Below, piece by piece: positions 57,674 through 64,000 of a stretch of DNA of 64,000 nt (positions within the stretch are counted from its first letter, which is position 1; each line of letters starts with the position of its first letter). The stretch lies in contig CAVWVQ010000003.1 in assembly GCA_963758525.1 (NCBI GenBank), positions 3,584,001 to 3,648,000 on the forward strand, given 5' to 3'. Source of the stretch: an uncultured Phycisphaerales bacterium. Its GTDB lineage: Bacteria; Planctomycetota; Phycisphaerae; Tepidisphaerales; Tepidisphaeraceae. Under the pieces are notes generated by a model. The model did not search any database and was not told the DNA's origin. It saw only the letters and a list, made by a program, of their open reading frames with translations. The translations under genes and the position numbers were made by a program.

Positions 57674-59091
57674 ATGATGAGTTCGATCACCCGACGGGAA
57701 ATGTTACGGCGCGCGACGCTGGGATTCGGCAGCGTGGCGCTCATGGATTTGTTGTCGCCGTCGGCGCTGGCCGGCCCGCTCACCGCCAGGGCGCCCGACT
57801 TCGCTCCAAAAGCGCGACGCATCATCTACATCTTCCTCGACGGCGGCCTCTCCTCAATCGATTCTTACGACTACAAGCCGCTGCTGCAGCGCGACGACGG
57901 CAAGCCGCTCCCGGCGTCGATCGCCAGGCCGCGGTTCGCGTTCGCGCCGACGGGGCAGCTTCTGCGCAGCCCATTCGAGTGGAAGCGGTGGGGCAATCGC
58001 GGGATGTGGGCTTCGGACCTCTTCCCTCAGATCAACTCCCAGATCGACGACCTCTGCTTCGTGCATTCACTGCACCATGACAATGAAGATCATTTCACTG
58101 CGAAAAATATGATGGCCACTGGCTCCGGCCGCGAGCCTCGCCCGGCCATTGGATCGTGGGTTGCGTACGGCTTGGGGACGGAAAACGAGAATCTCCCCGC
58201 GTTTGTCGAGATCATGCCCGGAACGCCAAAGAGCACGCCGTCTGCCTTCCTGCCGGCAAGGTACGCGAGCACGCCGATCGGGCGGCCCGATGATCGCGCC
58301 CCCGATCGCGCTGGGAAAATCTTCCGCCCAGCGCATCGGCCTCCGCCCGCGCGGGAGATCGGCTCAACCTGGTTCGCATGATGGATCGCGACCGCGCGGC
58401 CCGTGCCGGGTTGGATCGCGCCCTTGAAGGGGAAATTCAGAACATGGAGCTGGCGTTTCGCATGCAGACCGAAGCGCCGCGGATCATGTCGATGGACGGA
58501 GAATCCCAGGCGACGCGCGCGCTCTACGGCATCGGTGAATCGATGACCGACGATTTCGGCCGCGCGTGTTTGATGGCCCGCAGATTTGCCGAGGGTGGCG
58601 TGCGATACATCACGCTGATGCACTCCACCCGCCAATTCGGAAACCTCTGGGATCAGCACAAAAACCTGTACGAGGGCCATCGAAGCAACGCCATGGCAGT
58701 TGATGTTCCGATCGCGGGCCTTCTTCGCGATCTCAAGAGCCGGGGATTGCTCGACGACACGCTGGTGATGTGCGGGAGCGAATTCGGCCGTACTCCCGTT
58801 TTCGAGTTTCAGGATGGCAACGAAGGCCGCCTGCGCAACGGCCGGGACCACAATCCGCACGGATTCACGATGTGGTTTGCCGGCGGCGGCACGCGGCCAG
58901 GATTGAATTACGGGGCTACCGACGACTACGGCTACTACGCTGCCGTCGACAAAGTGACGGTTCCCGATCTCCACGCGACGATTCTGCACGCCATGGGGCT
59001 GAACCACGAGAAGCTCACGTACCGTTACGGAGGCCGCGACTATCGGCTGACCGACGTGTCGGGGGAAGTGAAGCCGATCTTCCAGACGTGA
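57674..59091 (+). CDS. DUF1501 domain protein with a Tat-like N-terminus (frameshift near 58308)
   Basis: [38 protein letters not shown] and DLHATILH motifs. Confidence 0.9.
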
Positions 59092-59131
59092 CTGCCGCGA
59101 GGGGCAAATTCAGCGGCACGCGTCGCACCTG

Positions 59132-60853
59132 TCATCGTGGAACGATGAGCTGGCACACATCGTACGCAGACAACTCAACGCGACGATCTGCAAGAGGTTC
59201 AGATTTGTCACCTGCTGCTGGGTGACTCACTCTGATGGAAGCGCCGGCGGCAAGTCCGTCGATTATCACAACGCGGGCCTGATCGGATCGATTCACGAGC
59301 CAGAGCGTCGTGGTTCCGATGTCGTTCATGGCAAACGCATCGACATCGCGATTCGGCATCACCGTCACATCGACCAACGGCTTGCCTGCCAATTCTTTGA
59401 ACAGCGCGATAATCCTGCTCGCTTGCGGCGTTGAATCCCGGAACGCGGCTTCGTCGATTTCCCCGAGCGACAGCGATTTGATTGCGCCAGCCGTCCAGGC
59501 AGCACCGAAGTCGAGCGGCCGGGCAATTGCCGGCCACGCGCCATCAGGCCAGATTGGACCGACCCGAAGCAGCGCCCGCGGAGCAAAGGTGCGCACGGTC
59601 CGCGCCTGGGCGATGATCGCCGAGAGATTCTCCATCGCCGTGTCGTTATCCGGCAGATGTGTGCCGGTCGTCCATTTCCAGGTGACGGCCGTTGCATCCT
59701 TGAAACGGTCGCGATGCCCGTTCAAAGCGAGAAAGCTCGCTGCCTCGCTGAAGCGGTCAGGTGAGCTGATCGCGCACAGACGCGCGCCGGGGATTGGGGA
59801 ACCGATTCGGACGTGCACGGCCTCGTCCGTCGGCGCGGTCGTCGCCGGCGGCGCCGATTCGACACGCAGCGTCAATGTCTGCGTGAGAGCCTGGCCCTTT
59901 TCAATCCTGGGATAGGCATACGGCATCGGATTGTACGCTTTGAACGAAGAGTCGCCGTAGTTGCGCTGATCTTCCATGTCGAAGGTCGACTCGGCGATGC
60001 CGCAGGAAACGTGAAGGGCGTCGATCGCGTACCGCAACGTGTGAAAGCGCAACGCGACCAGCGCCGGCGACACCAGTTCAGGAAACTGGCCTGGCGCGGC
60101 ATGGCCCTGCTCGTCGAGAGTTTCGAATTTCTGTCCCGCCAATGAGTCGCTGCCGTAGAGAACGCACAGTCCGATGCGGGCGGACGTGCCGTCCGCGGGA
60201 GCCGATCCGGTGACACGGAACTCGATTGTGCCATCCGCGGATCCCGTAACGTCTGCCGTCCAGTTGTACGAAATCGTCTTTCCCTGACACGACGCCGAAA
60301 GATGAATCGCAAAATGATCCTCTGCCGCCTCGACTCTCGCCGCACTAAAGCTAGGCATATCGGTGGCGGCAAACTTCGCCTCGCGGACGCCGAAGTAAAT
60401 TCGCCGGACGATCTCGCGGCCGCCCACGCGCAGGTAGCGCAGCTCTCCATCCTGATACTTGAGCGTAATGGGGCCGGCACGCAGCGTCATGGCAGCAGTG
60501 TCGATAGGCTTGGACGCGGGTTGGGTGCTATCAGCAGCAAGGGCACACACAGTCGATGCTAGGCACACGCATAGCGTGCTGAAAAACGTGGCCCACGCGT
60601 TCGCGCTCCGCGCGCGTGGAGGGCAGATTCTCGGGATGCGGTCTTCCCCCTCCCCTGGTACTCCGGGGGAGGGCTGGGGTGGGGGCCGAACTTGCGATCG
60701 GCGCGGTCTGCCCCCATCTCCATCCTCCCCCGGAGTACCAGGGGAGGAAAGAGGAACTGCATTCCCGAAAATCTCCTCACGCCTTGAATCTGAAACAATT
60801 CGACCTCCTGCTGGCGTGAGCATAACCGAGCCGTGTATAAACAGCGGAGCCAA
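59132..60853 (-). CDS. Secreted protein resembling the D-apionate lactonase family (true start uncertain, likely nearer 60620)
   Basis: Signal-like FFSTLCVCLASTVCALA; GELRYLRVGGREIVRRIY and FDMEDQRNYGDSSFKAY motifs. Confidence 0.6.
   Translation of the reverse strand: MAPLFIHGSVMLTPAGGRIVSDSRREEIFGNAVPLSSPGTPGEDGDGGRPRRSQVRPPPQPSPGVPGEGEDRIPRICPPRARSANAWATFFSTLCVCLASTVCALAADSTQPASKPIDTAAMTLRAGPITLKYQDGELRYLRVGGREIVRRIYFGVREAKFAATDMPSFSAARVEAAEDHFAIHLSASCQGKTISYNWTADVTGSADGTIEFRVTGSAPADGTSARIGLCVLYGSDSLAGQKFETLDEQGHAAPGQFPELVSPALVALRFHTLRYAIDALHVSCGIAESTFDMEDQRNYGDSSFKAYNPMPYAYPRIEKGQALTQTLTLRVESAPPATTAPTDEAVHVRIGSPIPGARLCAISSPDRFSEAASFLALNGHRDRFKDATAVTWKWTTGTHLPDNDTAMENLSAIIAQARTVRTFAPRALLRVGPIWPDGAWPAIARPLDFGAAWTAGAIKSLSLGEIDEAAFRDSTPQASRIIALFKELAGKPLVDVTVMPNRDVDAFAMNDIGTTTLWLVNRSDQARVVIIDGLAAGASIRVSHPAAGDKSEPLADRRVELSAYDVCQLIVPR
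60648..60747. repeat. Palindromic element related to the alaS insertion
   Basis: CCCTCCCCTGGTACTCCGGGGGAGGG ... CCTCCCCCGGAGTACCAGGGGAGG. Confidence 0.85.
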
Positions 60854-60887
60854 CGTTGCGAATTTGCGAGCGCTGGCCGGAGGTCGA

Positions 60888-63587
60888 ATGGGATCAGATG
60901 CGGAGCAGTTGCGACTCAGCCAGCCAGTCCAGTGGCGAAAATGGGGCCCGTATCTGAGCGAGCGGCAGTGGGGAACGGTGCGTGAGGATTACAGCCCCGA
61001 CGGCTCCGCCTGGAATTTTTTCCCGCATGATCATGCCCGCAGCCGCGTCTATCGCTGGGGAGAAGACGGCATCGGCGGATTCTGCGACGATTTGCAAAGA
61101 CTCTGCTTCTCCGTCGCGCTCTGGAACGGGAAAGATCCGATTCTTAAGGAGCGCATTTTCGGCCTGACCAACAGCGAAGGAAATCACGGCGAAGATCCCA
61201 AGGAGCTTTACTATTACCTGGATGCCACGCCGACCCATTCGTATCTCAAAATGCTCTACAAGTATCCGCAGGCAGAATTCCCCTACGCGCGAATCGTTGA
61301 CGAGAACCGCCGGGCCGGCCGACTCAAGCCGGAATTCGAACTGCTGGACACCGGAATTTTTGACCAGGATCGGTACTTTGATGTCTTCATCGAATACGCC
61401 AAGGCCGGGCCGGATGATATTCTGATCGTTATCACTGCCCACAACCGCGGCCCGGACGCCGCGCCGCTGCACCTGCTCCCGCAGATATGGTTCCGCAATA
61501 CCTGGAGCTGGGTCCCCGGCAGCAGCAAGCCTCTGCTGCTTGCCGACGACCGCGGCGCGATTGAAGCCAGGCACGAGACACTCGGCGCCTACTTTCTCTA
61601 TGCGGAGGATGTGTCCGAGCTGCTCTTTTGCGACAATGAAACCAACAACGCCCGCGTTTTTGGCGCTCCTCCTTCAGAGGGATATTGGAAGGACGGCTTC
61701 AACGACTTCATCATTCAAAAAGCGGTGACGGCCATCAACCCGCAAAGGGTGGGGACCAAGGCCGGGGCGCATTATCCGGCGGTCATTCCCGCCCAGCAGA
61801 GCCGGCAAATCCGTCTGCGTCTCACTTCGCAGTACAACAACAACCCTTTTGATCAATTCGATTCCACCTTCGCGCAGCGCCGCCATGAGGCCGACCAATT
61901 TTACGAATCGTTGCCCGCCGCGGCCAAAGCCCCCGAATCGCGCCATATTCAACGCCAGGCGTTTGCCGGAATGATCTGGAGCAAGCAGTTTTACTGTTAC
62001 GACGTTCCCAGGTGGTTGCACGGCGATCCCGCATTCCCGCCACCCCCCGAGCAGCGGCTGCACGGCCGCAATTCCGACTGGATGCATCTCAACAATGCCG
62101 ACGTCATTTCCATGCCCGACAAATGGGAATATCCATGGTATGCGTCGTGGGACCTGGCGTTTCATTGCGTGCCCCTGGCAATGATCGATTCCGAATTTGC
62201 CAAGCGGCAACTGCTGCTGTTGACCAGGGAATGGTACATGCATCCCAATGGCCAACTTCCCGCTTATGAATGGGCGTTTGGAGACGTGAATCCGCCGGTT
62301 CATGCCTGGTCGACTTGGCGCGTCTACCAGATCGATCGCGATCATCATAATGGCGGAAAGGGAGATCTTCTTTTCTTGAAACGGGTTTTTCACAAGCTGC
62401 TGCTCAACTTCACCTGGTGGGTCAATCGCAAAGACGTCCAGGGCCGAAACATCTTTCAAGGCGGGTTCCTCGGCCTGGACAACATCGGCGTCTTCGACCG
62501 CAGCGCGCGCCTGCCGACCGGTGGCTACATCAGCCAGTGCGACGGCACCGGCTGGATGGCGATGTATTGCCTTAATCTGATGCGCATCGCGCTGGAGCTC
62601 TCTGTTTTCGACAAGTCCTACCAGGACCTGGCGACGAAATTCTTCGAGCACTTCCTCTACATTGCTGCCGCGATGACTGCCATGGGTCAGGAGGGGATCG
62701 ACCTCTGGTCGCAGGAGGATGAGTTTTTTTACGACGTGCTTTGCCTGCCCGACGGGCACTGCATCCCGATGAAGGTCCGCTCCATGGTGGGGCTGATTCC
62801 ATTATTTGCCGTCGAGGTGCTCGATCCGGAACTGCTGAACGACGCGCCGGATTTCAAACGGCATCTCGAATGGTTTCTCAGCTATCGTCCGGACCTGGCA
62901 AGCCTGGTGTCGCGCTGGAAAGATGCCGGGCGCGGCGAGAGCCGGCTCCTCTCGCTCCTCCGCGGTCACCGCATGAAGGCGCTCTTGAAGCGCATGCTCG
63001 ATACGACGGAATTTCTTTCCGATTACGGCGTGCGTGCCCTGTCCCGCTGGCACCTGGACCATCCCTACGTATTCGGGGCCGAGGGAAAAGAATTTGTCGT
63101 CCAATACGAACCCGCGGAATCGACCACCGGGCTGTTCGGCGGTAATTCCAATTGGCGCGGGCCAATCTGGATGCCGACGAATTTTCTCATCATCGAATCG
63201 TTGCGACGGTTCCACTCCTATTACGGTGACGATTTTAAAATCGAATGTCCGACGGGGTCGGGAACATTTCTGACGATCTGTCAAATTGCCGACGAGCTGT
63301 CACACAGGCTGGCAAAGCTGTTTCTGCCCGGGCCCGATGGCAAGCGCCCGTCGATGGCCGTCAGCCCCAAGCAACAGAACGATCCGCACTTCCGCGATCA
63401 CATTCAGTTCTACGAATATTTTCATGGCGACAGCGGCCGCGGGGTTGGCGCGAATCACCAGACCGGCTGGACCGGTCTCATCGCGGCCCTGCTCGCGCCG
63501 ACCGACCTCAAAATGAACGCCTGCACGCTGTCGCTCGCGGAGCGCACCGTTCCGTCGCCGTCCCATCCAGTTCCGTCCAACGCGTGA
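60888..63587 (+). CDS. GH63/MGH1-like glycoside hydrolase
   Basis: WGPYLSERQWGTVREDYS, SMPDKWEYPW, NWRGPIW, EYFHGD.GRG.GA.HQTGWT; GGAGG SD before ATG 60888. Confidence 0.9.
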   Translation: MGSDAEQLRLSQPVQWRKWGPYLSERQWGTVREDYSPDGSAWNFFPHDHARSRVYRWGEDGIGGFCDDLQRLCFSVALWNGKDPILKERIFGLTNSEGNHGEDPKELYYYLDATPTHSYLKMLYKYPQAEFPYARIVDENRRAGRLKPEFELLDTGIFDQDRYFDVFIEYAKAGPDDILIVITAHNRGPDAAPLHLLPQIWFRNTWSWVPGSSKPLLLADDRGAIEARHETLGAYFLYAEDVSELLFCDNETNNARVFGAPPSEGYWKDGFNDFIIQKAVTAINPQRVGTKAGAHYPAVIPAQQSRQIRLRLTSQYNNNPFDQFDSTFAQRRHEADQFYESLPAAAKAPESRHIQRQAFAGMIWSKQFYCYDVPRWLHGDPAFPPPPEQRLHGRNSDWMHLNNADVISMPDKWEYPWYASWDLAFHCVPLAMIDSEFAKRQLLLLTREWYMHPNGQLPAYEWAFGDVNPPVHAWSTWRVYQIDRDHHNGGKGDLLFLKRVFHKLLLNFTWWVNRKDVQGRNIFQGGFLGLDNIGVFDRSARLPTGGYISQCDGTGWMAMYCLNLMRIALELSVFDKSYQDLATKFFEHFLYIAAAMTAMGQEGIDLWSQEDEFFYDVLCLPDGHCIPMKVRSMVGLIPLFAVEVLDPELLNDAPDFKRHLEWFLSYRPDLASLVSRWKDAGRGESRLLSLLRGHRMKALLKRMLDTTEFLSDYGVRALSRWHLDHPYVFGAEGKEFVVQYEPAESTTGLFGGNSNWRGPIWMPTNFLIIESLRRFHSYYGDDFKIECPTGSGTFLTICQIADELSHRLAKLFLPGPDGKRPSMAVSPKQQNDPHFRDHIQFYEYFHGDSGRGVGANHQTGWTGLIAALLAPTDLKMNACTLSLAERTVPSPSHPVPSNA

Positions 63588-63618
63588 ATCGAACCGCACA
63601 ATACCCCAGGAGCTTCTC

Positions 63619-64000
63619 ATGCCCAACCAAACAGATACAACCGCATTGCCGGCCGTCGTGATGCCCGAAGTCAGCGTGAATCAGATCCTCAAGGGTCAAA
63701 AGGCGCTGGTCACCGGCGCGAACTCCGGCATCGGCAAGGCCGTGGCGATCGCGCTGGGACACGCGGGCGCGGATGTGGTCATTAACTATGTTCGCGGCGA
63801 CGACGAAGCCAACGCCGTCGCGGCCGAAGCTTCCAAGAATGGAACGAAGGCTTACGCACACAAAGCCGACGTCTCCAACGAGGATGACGTGCATGGGATG
63901 TTCGAAAAGATGAAAGCCGAGTTCGGCACCATCGACATTCTCGTTGCCAACGCCGGGCTGCAGATGGATTCGCCGATCGATCAGATGACCCTCAAGCAAT
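63619..64000 (+). CDS. SDR oxidoreductase, glucose 1-dehydrogenase-like (3' partial)
   Basis: My translation gives KALVTGANSGIGKAVA...VVINY...ADVS...IDILVANAGLQ. Confidence 0.85.
   Translation, partial: MPNQTDTTALPAVVMPEVSVNQILKGQKALVTGANSGIGKAVAIALGHAGADVVINYVRGDDEANAVAAEASKNGTKAYAHKADVSNEDDVHGMFEKMKAEFGTIDILVANAGLQMDSPIDQMTLKQ

Noticed and set aside
1376..58310. Pseudogenisation or programmed frameshifting of alaS, plsX, fabH and flagellar genes
   Set aside because: No in-frame nonsense decay or shared slippery motif; the pattern fits homopolymer deletion errors.
60459..60887. 143-aa N-terminal extension of the GH63-like ORF
   Set aside because: It runs through the palindromic repeat and the opposite-strand gene; a GGAGG SD supports ATG 60888.

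Overview
This 64-kb window is GC-rich bacterial chromosome. It most likely comes from a planctomycete of the Phycisphaerae/Tepidisphaerales type, inferred from DUF1501, fused aroDE, a eukaryote-like AlaRS and the flagellar gene order. In order it contains: alaS (5' partial), rpmF-plsX-fabH-fabD-fabG-acpP-fabF, several housekeeping genes (aroDE, dapA, pdxJ), a six-tRNA array followed by rtcB, glgB, a ~29-kb flagellar cluster (TPR protein, FlgN-like protein, kinase and sigma54 regulator, then flgB through fliA), a ClC-CBS channel, mnmA, a GT9, a DUF1501 protein, an apionate-lactonase-like protein, a GH63-like hydrolase and an SDR (3' partial). About a dozen genes, including essential ones, carry single-base frameshifts, mostly in short homopolymers; these are probably sequencing errors. 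Intergenic DNA is dense with several families of REP-like palindromes and 7/8-mer foldback arrays, and one palindrome sits inside alaS. The most interesting locus is 15684-18188. It has a sigma70-type promoter, then a 29-codon leader ORF whose codons (AGA, ATA, ATT, AGG, CGG, AAA, CGA, ATG, GAT, CGC) cover every downstream tRNA, then mutually exclusive attenuator-like hairpins. The tRNA-Ile/Arg/Arg/Lys/Asp/CAU genes follow, with a second Arg/Lys micro-ORF embedded among them, and then the RNA ligase RtcB. This is a candidate ribosome-sensed tRNA replacement and repair operon; that function is inference, not demonstrated.
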